This document shows, piece after piece, positions 48,201-57,519 of a stretch of 64,000 nt of DNA. The DNA is from Oscillospiraceae bacterium. Its GTDB lineage: Bacteria > Bacillota > Clostridia > Oscillospirales > Ruminococcaceae. Within the stretch, counting starts at the first letter, position 1. Every line of letters begins with the position of its first letter. Where the stretch lies: contig JAFTTH010000021.1 of the NCBI GenBank assembly GCA_017466885.1, positions 6,624 through 70,623 on the forward strand, in the 5' to 3' direction. The notes under the pieces were generated by a model. That model was not told where the DNA came from, made no database searches, and was given only the letters and a program-made list of their open reading frames with translations. The translations under genes and the position numbers were made by a program.

Positions 48201-48519
48201 GGCGGGCATAAAGGGACATTTGCTCCGGCTGGGTCAGCAAAATATTCTTCATCAGCAAAAGCTTATCCCCGGTGTCCGCACCGGTGCGGCAGAAGCCACC
48301 GTATTGCCGGAAGATCAGATCACAAAGCCGGGAAAAGCTATACACCTCGGCTTTTCCTGCTCCCAGCCGGGCGGCAAGGTGTTTTTCCGTTTCAAAGGAG
48401 GCCTGCTCCGGAACGATCAGAAGTAGCTTTTCCTCACCGGCGGTGGCCAGCTCCTCCATCCTGCGGAGAATATGGTGGGTCTTCCCGCTTCCGGAACGAC
48501 CGATAATAAGGGTCAGCAT
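45253..48519 (-). CDS. addB: ATP-dependent helicase/nuclease subunit B
   Basis: N-terminal GRSGSGKT, C-terminal nuclease (VVDYKTG), and Cys cluster CDSCDYRAVC typical of the AddB Fe-S staple. Confidence 0.9.
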   Translation of the reverse strand: MLTLIIGRSGSGKTHHILRRMEELATAGEEKLLLIVPEQASFETEKHLAARLGAGKAEVYSFSRLCDLIFRQYGGFCRTGADTGDKLLLMKNILLTQPEQMSLYARQRKNTRFVSQLVELTDELRNAGVHPEELATAAQNANNATLSRKLSELGAVYSAYQESLSSAFADETELILRALRRAAGKGFFSGFHIFLDDFFGFTYPQMRMLELILSEAEEVTLSVCCDRLQSAETADPFFTVRRMARRLKQTAEELGLPTREIHLEDPWRFETPALAEMETTLSADRPLPPFWGNWKGIRFFSASTPYQEITAIAARICNLVRSGKYRYRQIAVIGRDTAPYLPIFEEIFSKYEIPFFSDRKKDVRCHPLFLFVQTALRLGKAFSTDDFLLLCKTGLVTPDETLIARLENYTAIWSIKGAGWRKSWTAPEEGPGKSAEDALCPAELEQLRRTLTAPILTLREACRDQNGSQIARAVYGLLCDFHLPETLSRAAGEGTELFGEPMAETAQVYRTLLSSLDRMATALPDQPLSLKEFSELFDSLASGSRLSRIPPSLDEVQVGSAGHIRPAQIKACFVFGLAEGEFPRTTLSGGFFSERERDLLSAGILPRFKGPEELLCGEELVCYTALTAAGGEVNLSYSRTSLSGAVQTPSAPYQKLRGHFPLAPELDDATLPPFNLIYTPRSALSLLASGKGMSPDTRQEVESVVGEAGYHRELLRLRTPFRPESGIGDPTVTARLYPEHFSLSPSRLETFYLCEFRYFCKYTLRAQPRRKVQVGVLETGNLVHDCLHRLFAQKGADAFFSFSEEELHAAVTETLDLFITENYSGISRESARFFHLLRRLEAALLRLCRHLRREFAQSKFMPEDFELSIGRNGEIPPIVLKNPEGGTVFMEGKIDRVDVMRENGVSYVRVVDYKTGTRVFRLAEVMAGLNMQMLIYLFSLWENGTARYGNVVPAGVLYMPATADAILVNAGASEADRATEEGRKLKMNGIVLDDENVIRGMEENAGGIFIPVKLKKDGTPDAHSRLISLEEMGKLRNEVEHLVAQMAALLRRGSTRINPTVAGGKDPCDSCDYRAVCGMEAGEEKQTV

Positions 48520-48555
48520 GGGAAGAGCCTCCTTTATGACAAAGCTGAAAAATTG

Positions 48556-50172
48556 TTATTCCTGAGGTTGGGGCTGGGGTTTTTCTGCAACATTGTCAGG
48601 ATATTCAATGGTCAGAGGAATGTTCAGGTCGGAGATTCTCAGAGAAACGCTTAAGGGATAGCTTTCTCCCTCCCCCGCTTCTGTCCATTCGGTGACGGTG
48701 CAGGCGGCCTTCCATTCGGTGAGCTGACCGTTTTTGAGGGTGGCAGTCATCTTCAGAGAACTATATTGGAAGGCTTCGTTATATTCCGCCTCAAAGATCC
48801 CGATCCATTCGGGGGCGGAGGCTGCCGTGAAGGCAAGGTCAAAGGTCTCTTCGTTGCCGCTTTGGCGGCTTGTTTCATAAAGAATGCCGGATTTCATTCC
48901 ATCCGTCAGCAGGGGGAGGAGCATATGGTCGATCACCGCAACCGGGACACCGTATCCCTCCCAGCGGAAGATAGTTCCGCCGTCCGCCATATAAATGGCA
49001 CCTTCTCCGTTGATATACCGGGTGTAATAAACGCCGAGGGTCTCTCCGGTCTTGAGTTTTTTCAGCTCCTGGCGCACCAGCGTATCCGCCGGGGTGCGAT
49101 CCATGGTCAGCGTGCCCTCATAGGAAGCACCCTTTTCCTCCACAAAATAGCTGGCGGAAAGGTTGGAGGCGGAATTGACCTCCGAAAGAGCGGAATCCAG
49201 CCGCTCCAGCGCAATAGTATCCACCGGGAACTCCACCGAATCCACATCCACCTCGCCGCCCTTTTTCAGAACCTGGCGGGAGGCGGTGGCGGTGAGGGTG
49301 AATTTATCCGTCCCCTGCCAAAGCTCCCCGGCGTGGGAGGTGGAGACCTGATCGATCCGTCCGTCGGCATCCAGCCGGAAGGTCAGAACGATCGGCTCGG
49401 AAAAATAAACGGAGCTATTTTCAGGGAGAGAGAAAAACTCCTCTCCGGCGTAAGCGGCGTAATCCTCGGCGGTGAGGGTCACTGCAATATCAGTCAGATC
49501 TCCCGACCGGTTCAGCTGTACCGAAACCGGCTCCAGCTCGGAGGAAAAAAGCCATTCGTAGTCAAAGGGGGTCATCATCTGATCCGAAACCGGGAAGGGG
49601 TAGTCCTCCACTGCGGTGAAAATATCGTTGACTTCGTCATAAACGGTAACAGTCGGACTCTTCCGGACGACAAAGCTGGCCTCATCGTCCCCCCGGGTCA
49701 GATAGAGATTCAGCATAGAGGTCTGACTGGTCCCGGTATGCTTATACCGGAGACGGGCTGTGTAGGTAAAGGGATGAGCAGTGCCATCCTCGCCGGTGAG
49801 AATGGCGGAATAGTCGATCCGGCTGATCAGTGCCGGAAGCTCCCGGGTAGTCTCCCACGCCTCCTTGAGAATGGTCATAGGAGAGCTTTTGGCAAGATAA
49901 AGCCCGGGGATGATTCCCAACGCCGCAACGATGGCACCCGCAAGCACCAGCGCAATGACCGTCCGGATCCGGCTCCGGCGTTTTTTGCCGGCGGCCTTTT
50001 TCATTACCTTCCGGCGAAGCGCCTCAATATCGGGAGATTCCTCCGTCCGGGGCGCGGGGCGGGAAAACAAAGAGCCTGACTCGTGCTGCGGGGCGGTAAG
50101 AGGCTGGCCGCAAAAGGTGCAGACGTCACAATTATCGGCATTATATGCATGACACTGATCACAGAGCTTCAA
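48556..50172 (-). CDS. zinc-ribbon, single-pass membrane protein with large extracytoplasmic domain (unknown function)
   Basis: N-terminus CDQC...CTFC, a basic stretch, one TM (VIALVLAGAIVAALGII), then about 440 aa beta-rich and a PQPQPQ tail. Confidence 0.6.
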   Translation of the reverse strand: MKLCDQCHAYNADNCDVCTFCGQPLTAPQHESGSLFSRPAPRTEESPDIEALRRKVMKKAAGKKRRSRIRTVIALVLAGAIVAALGIIPGLYLAKSSPMTILKEAWETTRELPALISRIDYSAILTGEDGTAHPFTYTARLRYKHTGTSQTSMLNLYLTRGDDEASFVVRKSPTVTVYDEVNDIFTAVEDYPFPVSDQMMTPFDYEWLFSSELEPVSVQLNRSGDLTDIAVTLTAEDYAAYAGEEFFSLPENSSVYFSEPIVLTFRLDADGRIDQVSTSHAGELWQGTDKFTLTATASRQVLKKGGEVDVDSVEFPVDTIALERLDSALSEVNSASNLSASYFVEEKGASYEGTLTMDRTPADTLVRQELKKLKTGETLGVYYTRYINGEGAIYMADGGTIFRWEGYGVPVAVIDHMLLPLLTDGMKSGILYETSRQSGNEETFDLAFTAASAPEWIGIFEAEYNEAFQYSSLKMTATLKNGQLTEWKAACTVTEWTEAGEGESYPLSVSLRISDLNIPLTIEYPDNVAEKPQPQPQE

Positions 50173-50285
50173 GAAGTTTGCACATCCTTTCGGGGGATTG
50201 GATGAAAAAAGCAGTCGAAAAATCCTTCAACCTTTATTATATCAATTTTTGCGGGACAAAACAAGAGGAAAGGGAAGGGAATTGC

Positions 50286-53200
50286 TCAAATATGGGAGGG
50301 TTCGGATGCTTCCTCGGGGGAGGGTTCGGGAATCAGGGTCAGGACCTCCCGGATCACGTCGGGGAGCTTCTGTCCCGGCAGCCGCTTAACCGCCATATAA
50401 GGCTTGGCGGCGGAGTGGAAGGAGATCCGTCCCCGCAGGGTGGCCATCAGAAGGTTGATGGTTTCGGGGGAGGGATCCCGGAGGAAGAAGTAGACCGAAG
50501 CGGAATCCCTGCTTTGGGTAATTTCGGTGACCCGGCGGAGAGCGGCCATGCTCCGGAGGAGGGCAATCTCGATCAGTCCCGTCACCGAGGCGGGGGGCTC
50601 ACCGTACCGGTCGATGAATTCATCCGTCACATCAAAGGCATCATCCTCGTTGCGGATGGAAGCGATCCGTTTATACATATCGATCCGCTGGCGGTTATGC
50701 GGAATATAGCTTTCGGGAATATGGGCAGAGATCCGCAGATCGATGGTGCATTCTTCGGCGGGGAGAGCAAGAGTCTCACCCCGCTCGTCCGCAACTGCTT
50801 CGGCCAGCAACCGCAGATACATATCGTATCCTACCGATTCCATATGTCCGTGCTGGCTTGCTCCGAGGATATTCCCCGCGCCCCGGATCTCTAAGTCCCG
50901 GAGGGCGATCCGGAAGCCTGAGCCGAAGGCGGTAAACTCCCGGATGGCGGCAAGCCGCTTGGAGGCGACCTCGGTCAGAACCTTGCCGGGTCGGAAGGTC
51001 AGGTATGCGTAGGCGCGGCGGTTGCTCCGGCCCACCCGTCCGCGGATCTGGTAAAGCTGGGAAAGACCCATTTTGTCAGCATCCTCAATAATGAGGGTAT
51101 TGCAGTTGGGAACGTCCACACCCGTTTCAATAATGGTGGTGCAGACCAGCACATCCAGCTCATTTTCCAAAAGCTGACGCCAGATGGCGTTGAGCTCCTC
51201 CTGGCTCATTTTCCCATGGGCGAAGCCTACCCGGGCCTCAGGAATGGCGCGGGCAATCTTTGCGGCGCAGGAAACGATGCTCTCGGTGCGATTATGAAGA
51301 TAGTAAACCTGCCCGCCCCGGCGGAGCTCCTTCCGGATGGCCTCGAACAAAAGACCGTCATCCTGCTCGGCAACGTAGGTCTGAACGGGATACCGGTCGG
51401 AGGGAGCCTCCTCCAGCACCGACATATCCCGGATTCCCGACATAGCCATATTCAGGGTCCGGGGGATGGGGGTGGCCGAAAGGGAAAGAAGGTCAACTCC
51501 CCGGAAATTCTGCTTAAAGCGTTCCTTGTGCTCTACGCCGAAGCGCTGTTCCTCGTCAATGATGGCAAGGCCGAGATCCTTGAAGATCACATCCTTTTGA
51601 ATCAGCCGGTGTGTGCCGATGAGGATATCGATCCGCCCGGCCTTGAGCTTGCGGAGAATCTCCTCCTGCTGCTTGGGGGTGCGGAAGCGGGAGAGAACCT
51701 CCACCTCCACCGGAAAACCCTCCATTCTCCGGAGGACTGTTTGATAATGCTGCCAGGCAAGGATGGTGGTAGGGCAGAGGATGGCGCATTGTTTGCCGTC
51801 CAGAACGCATTTGAAGGCGGCACGGAGGGCGACCTCGGTCTTGCCGAAGCCAACATCCCCGCAAAGGAGTCGCTCCATAGGAAAGCCCCGCTCCATATCT
51901 GCTTTGATCTCGGCGGTGCAGCGGAGCTGGTCGTCCGTTTCCTCGTAGGGGAAGCGCTCCTCAAAATCGTGCTGCAGGTCGCAGTCGGCAGAGAAGGCAA
52001 AGCCTTCGGTTTTGGAGCGCTCGGCGTAAAGCCGGATCAGCTCCTTGGCCATATCCTTTACGGCGGCCTTGACCCGGGACTTGGTTTTCTGCCAAACGGT
52101 GCTCCCCAGTTTATTGAGCTTGAGGGTGCCTGCCTCGGCATCTGCACCGATATATTTGGAAACAACATCCAGCTGGGTGACCGGAACAAAAAGGGTGTCC
52201 GTCCCCGCGAAGCGGAGCTTGATATAATCCTTGATGACACCGTCCGACTCGATCTTTTCGATCCCTTCGTAAATACCGATGCCGTGGGCAGCGTGAACCA
52301 CATAATCCCCCGGTGTCAGATCGGAAAGGCTCTGCAGCTCCTTTCCCGGCTTATACCGGGCGGGGACCTTCCGTTTCTTTCCCGAAACTGTCCGCCGGCA
52401 GGTAATCAGCTGCATGGAACAGCCAGGATATTCAAAGCCAGCCGAAAGAAAGCCCTCCAGAACCATAATTCCCCCCGCCACCGGCGAAACATTCCGGTCG
52501 GGATAGTGGGCGGCGGAAAAACCGTCCCGGGCAAGATCTCGGGCAAGAGCCACAGCGGCGCGCTCAGTGCCCGCCATAATCAGACAGCCTTTTTTTGCCG
52601 CCAGAATATTTTTGATCTCCTCCACCAGGAGGGAGTAATCTCCGCTCCAAAGGGAGGTCTGGCCGGCAGTGGCAGTCAGAGAAACTGCCGGCTCCAGCCC
52701 CGGCACATTCCGGGTGAAGGTGGAAAGACAGACCAGCCTCCCCACCGAAAGAAGCTCCGAAAGCTCCTTCCCGGGGATGGATTGCCCCTCCAGACCCCGG
52801 CAGAAAAGACCCTCTTCGGTCAGAGCGGCGACCTCGGCCGCCCATTGCTCACCGATTCCCTTCAAGCTGTCAAAGGTATCAAAGGGCTCACAGAGGATGG
52901 TCAGACCGTCCTCGTCAGCGTAATCGGAGGGGAGAGCGGGAGCAGAATAGCAGAGGGAGAAAAAGCGGTCCGCGTAAGAGAGCCGTTCCCCCGCCCCAAG
53001 CCGCTGGGCGGCGGCAAGGAGGGCGGGAGTGGCTGCACCGATCTTTTTCTGTGCCAGCGCGGTGATCCGGTCAGCCAACACCTCCGGTTGGTAAAGCATT
53101 TCTGCGGCAGGGGGGATGACTGCTTTTTTGGCACTGTCAAACCGGCGCTGGGTATCCAGCTCAAAGTAGGCGATGGTATCAATCTCGTCCCCCCAAAGCT

Positions 53201-53786
53201 CAATCCGGAGGGGCATTTTATTTCCCACAGGGAAGATATCCAAAATGCCGCCCCGCAGGGAAAACTGCCCCTGTCCCTCAACCTGAGGACGGGCAGAATA
53301 TCCCATAAAAACGAGGCGGGCAGTAAACTCCCTGAGCTCCAGCGAATCGCCGGGGGCAAGGGTGACGGTATGCTTCTGCAGAATATGAGGGGGAACAGTC
53401 TGTTGGACGGCGGCAGCCGCCGGAACGCAGAGTGCCTGCACCTCTCCCCGCAGAAACCGGGAGAGGGCAGCCATCCGGGCGTACTCATATTCCCGGGAGG
53501 CGTCACTCAGCTCCCGCAGGACCGGTTCACGGACCGGCAGAAAGGCCGCAGAGTCGGGCTGAAAGGCGTTCAGATCCTCACAGAACTTAACGGCGGCAGC
53601 CTCATCCGGCAGGATTACGACTGCCCGGGGACTCCGGCTGAGCAGCCCGTGAACGAAATGCGCCTTATGAATATTGGAAAGTCCCCCCACCGCCACCGGA
53701 AACCGATCCCGGGTCACGGCGTCGGAGAGGGAGGAAAAATCTCTGTTTTCGGCAAGAAGCCGGGAAAAAACAGTATCAGAGGGCAT
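50286..53786 (-). CDS. mfd: transcription-repair coupling factor
   Basis: CarD/RNAP-interaction domain (GDYVVHAAHGIG), superfamily 2 helicase motifs (GDVGFGKTEVA, DEEQRFG), and TRG/TRCF domains. Start taken as ATG 53786. Confidence 0.95.
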   Translation of the reverse strand: MPSDTVFSRLLAENRDFSSLSDAVTRDRFPVAVGGLSNIHKAHFVHGLLSRSPRAVVILPDEAAAVKFCEDLNAFQPDSAAFLPVREPVLRELSDASREYEYARMAALSRFLRGEVQALCVPAAAAVQQTVPPHILQKHTVTLAPGDSLELREFTARLVFMGYSARPQVEGQGQFSLRGGILDIFPVGNKMPLRIELWGDEIDTIAYFELDTQRRFDSAKKAVIPPAAEMLYQPEVLADRITALAQKKIGAATPALLAAAQRLGAGERLSYADRFFSLCYSAPALPSDYADEDGLTILCEPFDTFDSLKGIGEQWAAEVAALTEEGLFCRGLEGQSIPGKELSELLSVGRLVCLSTFTRNVPGLEPAVSLTATAGQTSLWSGDYSLLVEEIKNILAAKKGCLIMAGTERAAVALARDLARDGFSAAHYPDRNVSPVAGGIMVLEGFLSAGFEYPGCSMQLITCRRTVSGKKRKVPARYKPGKELQSLSDLTPGDYVVHAAHGIGIYEGIEKIESDGVIKDYIKLRFAGTDTLFVPVTQLDVVSKYIGADAEAGTLKLNKLGSTVWQKTKSRVKAAVKDMAKELIRLYAERSKTEGFAFSADCDLQHDFEERFPYEETDDQLRCTAEIKADMERGFPMERLLCGDVGFGKTEVALRAAFKCVLDGKQCAILCPTTILAWQHYQTVLRRMEGFPVEVEVLSRFRTPKQQEEILRKLKAGRIDILIGTHRLIQKDVIFKDLGLAIIDEEQRFGVEHKERFKQNFRGVDLLSLSATPIPRTLNMAMSGIRDMSVLEEAPSDRYPVQTYVAEQDDGLLFEAIRKELRRGGQVYYLHNRTESIVSCAAKIARAIPEARVGFAHGKMSQEELNAIWRQLLENELDVLVCTTIIETGVDVPNCNTLIIEDADKMGLSQLYQIRGRVGRSNRRAYAYLTFRPGKVLTEVASKRLAAIREFTAFGSGFRIALRDLEIRGAGNILGASQHGHMESVGYDMYLRLLAEAVADERGETLALPAEECTIDLRISAHIPESYIPHNRQRIDMYKRIASIRNEDDAFDVTDEFIDRYGEPPASVTGLIEIALLRSMAALRRVTEITQSRDSASVYFFLRDPSPETINLLMATLRGRISFHSAAKPYMAVKRLPGQKLPDVIREVLTLIPEPSPEEASEPSHI

Positions 53787-53821
53787 GGAATGCGATGCTC
53801 CCTTTCTTTGGAGTGGTTGGA

Positions 53822-54847
53822 TCAAAGCTCGTAGATTCCGCCTGCAAGGTAGGCGGCAAGAAGCTGGGCGGAGGCCTCAATATCGGAGATCTCCACCACC
53901 TCGGTGGGGGAGTGCATATACCGGAGGGGGAGGGAGAGAAGTCCTGTTTTGATTCCGCCTCGGGAGGTGGCAAACTCATCGGCATTGGTGCCGGTGGAGC
54001 GGGACATAATTTCCCGCTGGAAGGGGATGGAGCGCTCCTCTGCGAGGGCACAGAGTCGGTCATAGATTCCCCGGCAGAGGATGGGTGCATAGCCGATCAT
54101 CGGGCCCTTACCCAGCTCGCCGCAATCCTCCGGACGGCATCCCGCTCCCATAGCAAAGCTGACGTCAGTGATGATGGCATAGTCAGGGTGGAATGCAAAG
54201 GCGGCTGTGCCGGCACCGGCACCACCCGTTTCCTCCTGGGAGGAGAACAGGACGGTCAGTCCGCAGGGGAGAGGCTGATCCTTGACCAGGGCAAGGGTGC
54301 GCAGAAGGATCGCCGCGCAGGCGCGATCGTCCAACGCGCGGGAGGTGACCCGATCCTCTCCCAGCATTACCGGATCGGCAGAAAAGATGGCCCGGTCTCC
54401 GGGGGTGATAAGCTCCTTGGCGGAGGCCTCGTCCATCCCAATGTCAATGAAAAGGTTGCTCATTTTAGGGGCTTTTTTCTCATCGTCCCCCTTGGCAAGG
54501 TGGGGCGGCACCGAGGTGATCACACCGTAAACCGGCTCCTTCCCCAGCACCCGGACCCGACGGGAGGGAAGCAGGCAGGGATCGATCCCTCCCACCGAGG
54601 AGAACCGCAGGAATCCCTCGGGGGTAATGGCGGTAACGATCAGGCCGATCTCATCCAAATGGGCGTCCAGCAGGATATGAGGCTGGCCGGGGTCGGGCTC
54701 CCGGACCGTTACCGCAACGCTTCCCAGCGGGGTGACGGTCACTTTGCCGTATTCCCGGGAAAGGGCGGCAACTGCCTGAGCGGCAGAGGCTTCGTCCCCT
54801 GAAACACCGTCAGGAATGCAGAGCTTTTCAAGAATGGAAAAAATCAT
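53822..54847 (-). CDS. M42 family metallopeptidase (glutamyl aminopeptidase / FrvX-like)
   Basis: LDAHLDEIGL and QEETGG motifs, 341 aa. Start ATG 54847 behind GGGAGG. Confidence 0.8.
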   Translation of the reverse strand: MIFSILEKLCIPDGVSGDEASAAQAVAALSREYGKVTVTPLGSVAVTVREPDPGQPHILLDAHLDEIGLIVTAITPEGFLRFSSVGGIDPCLLPSRRVRVLGKEPVYGVITSVPPHLAKGDDEKKAPKMSNLFIDIGMDEASAKELITPGDRAIFSADPVMLGEDRVTSRALDDRACAAILLRTLALVKDQPLPCGLTVLFSSQEETGGAGAGTAAFAFHPDYAIITDVSFAMGAGCRPEDCGELGKGPMIGYAPILCRGIYDRLCALAEERSIPFQREIMSRSTGTNADEFATSRGGIKTGLLSLPLRYMHSPTEVVEISDIEASAQLLAAYLAGGIYEL

Positions 54848-54941
54848 AGGAAGGTCCTCCCTTTTCGTGATCATCAAAATTGTTATGATGATGTTATGAT
54901 TCGTATCATCCGCGTCGCGGAATATATCGGAGCGAGGGGGG

Positions 54942-55970
54942 TTACACAATCAGCATTGCGTCCCCGAAGCTAAAGAAGCGGTATTGCTCCTCCACCGCCT
55001 TTTTGTAAGCGGCCATGGTATTATCGTAACCGGCGAAAGCCGAAACAAGCATAATCAGGGTGCTTTCGGGGAGATGGAAGTTGGTAATCAGTCCGTCAAT
55101 GGCGCGGAACTGATATCCGGGATAGATAAAGATCTCGGTGGAATCGTCATCGGGACGGATTTCGCCGTATTTGGCCGCGACACTCTCCAAAGTGCGGCAG
55201 GAGGTGGTTCCAACGGCAATGACCCGGCCGCCGGCCGCCTTGGTGCGGCGAATTTTCTCGGCGGTTTCCTGGGTCATCCGGTAATGCTCCGAGTGCATAT
55301 GGTGCTCCTCCACCACGTCCACCTTCACCGGGCGGAAGGTGCCCAGCCCCACATGAAGGGTCACGAAGGTATGGTCAATTCCCCTTTCCTCCAGCCGGGC
55401 AAGAAGCTGGGGAGTAAAATGCAGACCGGCGGTAGGGGCGGCGGCAGAGCCGTTTTCCCGGGCATACACCGTCTGATACCGTTCTTTATCCTCCAGTCGG
55501 CGGGTAATATAGGGAGGGAGGGGCATCTGCCCGATCTGATCCAGGAGGGAATAGACTGTTTCCCCTGCGGGAACAGAAAACTCAACAATTCGGTTCCCTC
55601 CATCAACAACATCCAGTATGGTGACCTCTGCGATCTCTCCGAAGGTCAGAACAACCCCCGGCTTTGCTTTTTTTCCGGGGCGGACCAGGGTTTCAAACCG
55701 GTTGCCGCCCTTATCCTCCAGAAGCAGCAGCTCAATCTCGGCACCGGTATCCTTCCGCCGGCCGAACAAACGGGCGGGGAGGACCCGGGAATCGTTCATC
55801 ACCAGAAGATCGCCCGGGCGGAGCAGGTCGGGAAGCTCTGAAAAGATCCGGTGGGAAAGTCCTCCCGTCTGACGGTCGAGACATAAAAGCCGGGAGGCAT
55901 CCCGCGGCTCAATGGGCGTTTGGGCAATGAGCTCGGGGGGAAGATCGTAGAAAAAGTCGGTTCTGTTCAT
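54942..55970 (-). CDS. queA: S-adenosylmethionine:tRNA ribosyltransferase-isomerase
   Basis: FFYDLPPELIAQTP N-terminus, PLPPYI, VGTTS.RTLES, and a C-terminal FFSFGDAMLI. Confidence 0.95.
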   Translation of the reverse strand: MNRTDFFYDLPPELIAQTPIEPRDASRLLCLDRQTGGLSHRIFSELPDLLRPGDLLVMNDSRVLPARLFGRRKDTGAEIELLLLEDKGGNRFETLVRPGKKAKPGVVLTFGEIAEVTILDVVDGGNRIVEFSVPAGETVYSLLDQIGQMPLPPYITRRLEDKERYQTVYARENGSAAAPTAGLHFTPQLLARLEERGIDHTFVTLHVGLGTFRPVKVDVVEEHHMHSEHYRMTQETAEKIRRTKAAGGRVIAVGTTSCRTLESVAAKYGEIRPDDDSTEIFIYPGYQFRAIDGLITNFHLPESTLIMLVSAFAGYDNTMAAYKKAVEEQYRFFSFGDAMLIV

Positions 55971-56031
55971 AAAGAATCCTTTCCTTATCTGCTCCGCTGC
56001 AAAGAAGCTGCGGAATAATTCAAAAAAACGA

Positions 56032-56060
56032 TTGACAAAGCCCCCGACGGATGATATTAT
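56032..56060 (+). promoter_or_regulatory. sigma-A type promoter for the lysine-riboswitch leader
   Basis: TTGACA (56032-56037), 17-bp spacer, extended -10 TGaTATTAT (56052-56060). Confidence 0.65.
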
Positions 56061-56311
56061 AAGGAGAAGATAGAGGCGCGGTCATCATCAGTAGCAGTTT
56101 TTCCGGCCCGGCCGGGGTGTTTTTCGGGTGCTGTGAAAGGGAGGATCGCCGAAGGGGGTAGCGCGGTCGGCTATTCGCCTGGTCTTGCGTTTAAGAGGCG
56201 CCGGACTGTCATCAAAAGCCGGAATGCATTTGATGGGGAGCTATCGGGCGGAGTACTGCTCATACCTACCTATTATATTGGAAATGCGGCCGGTTTTCAA
56301 CCGGTTTTTTT
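56061..56311 (+). promoter_or_regulatory. L-box: lysine riboswitch (L-box) with terminator expression platform
   Basis: AGAGGCGC, AGUA, GAAAGGGAGG, GCCGAAG, CCUGG, GGACUGUCA and UGGGGAGCUAUC blocks in canonical order. Terminator CCGGTT-TTC-AACCGG (56290-56304) plus T7 (56305-56311). It lies upstream of asd-dapA-dapB. Confidence 0.88.
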
Positions 56312-56419
56312 ATTCTCCGGAAAAAATCCCGCAAAAAAGCTGCTTTTTTGCCCGCCACCGGATCCAGATCCGAACCCACCCCCGGTATTGACCGAAAGAA
56401 GAGAAAGGAATGCAGGAAA

Positions 56420-57499
56420 ATGAAAGAGTATCGTGTAGGAATCATCGGAGCAACGGGAATGGTCGGCCAGCGGTTTGCCACCCTGCTGGAAAACCATCCC
56501 TGGTTTCACGTAACGGCCCTGGCGGCCTCCGCCCGTTCTGCCGGAAAAAGCTATAAAGAGGCTGTGGGAAGCCGCTGGGCAATGAAAACCCCCATGCCTG
56601 TAGCGATGGCAGAGATGACGGTGATGGATGCAACCGCTGACGCGGAGACGATTGCCGGAATGGTAGACTTCGTTTTCTGCGCGGTGGATATGCCCAAGGC
56701 GGAGATCCTTGCCCTGGAGGAAAAATACGCCAAGCTGGAGTGCCCGGTTATGTCCAATAACTCGGCCGGCCGGGGTGTGGCGGATATTCCTATGATTATC
56801 CCTGAGATCAACCCTGAGCACGCAGAGGTCATTGCCGCCCAGAAGGAGCGGCTCGGCACCAAGCGGGGCTTTATTGCCGTCAAATCCAACTGCTCCCTCC
56901 AAAGCTACGTTCCCGCCCTGCACCCCCTGAAGGAGTTCGGGATCACCCGCGTGCTGGCCTGCACCTATCAGGCCATTTCCGGCGCAGGAAAGACCTTTGA
57001 GCGCTGGCCCGAAATGGTGGATAACGTGATCCCTTATATCGGTGGGGAAGAGGAAAAGAGCGAAAAAGAGCCGATGAAGATTTGGGGTAAGGTGGAGAAT
57101 GGCAAGATCGTCAACGCCACTCAGCCGGCCATCACTACCCAGTGCCTCCGTGTCCCCGTTTCGGACGGTCATACCGCGGCAGTCTTTGTTGCTTTTGAGA
57201 AAAAGCCCACCAAGGAAGAAATCCTTGCCAAATGGGCGGCCTTTGCCGGTCAGCCCCAGAGCCTGGAGCTTCCCTCGGCGCCCAAGCAGTTTATCCACTA
57301 TTTTGAGGAGGATAACCGTCCCCAGGCGAAACTGGACCGTGATCTTGAGGGCGGAATGGCTGTATCTGTCGGTCGTCTCCGGGAGGATAGCCAGTATGAT
57401 TATAAGTTCGTTTGCCTGTCCCATAATACCCTCCGCGGTGCAGCCGGCGGCGGTGTGCTGATGGCGGAGCTTTTGGCGGCGAAGGGTTATTTTGACTGA
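56420..57499 (+). CDS. asd: aspartate-semialdehyde dehydrogenase
   Basis: VGIIGATGMVGQRF N-terminus, an active-site region NCSLQ, and 359 aa. Start reset to ATG 56420. Confidence 0.93.
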   Translation: MKEYRVGIIGATGMVGQRFATLLENHPWFHVTALAASARSAGKSYKEAVGSRWAMKTPMPVAMAEMTVMDATADAETIAGMVDFVFCAVDMPKAEILALEEKYAKLECPVMSNNSAGRGVADIPMIIPEINPEHAEVIAAQKERLGTKRGFIAVKSNCSLQSYVPALHPLKEFGITRVLACTYQAISGAGKTFERWPEMVDNVIPYIGGEEEKSEKEPMKIWGKVENGKIVNATQPAITTQCLRVPVSDGHTAAVFVAFEKKPTKEEILAKWAAFAGQPQSLELPSAPKQFIHYFEEDNRPQAKLDRDLEGGMAVSVGRLREDSQYDYKFVCLSHNTLRGAAGGGVLMAELLAAKGYFD

Positions 57500-57519
57500 T
57501 CGGAAAGGATGAGATCCCA

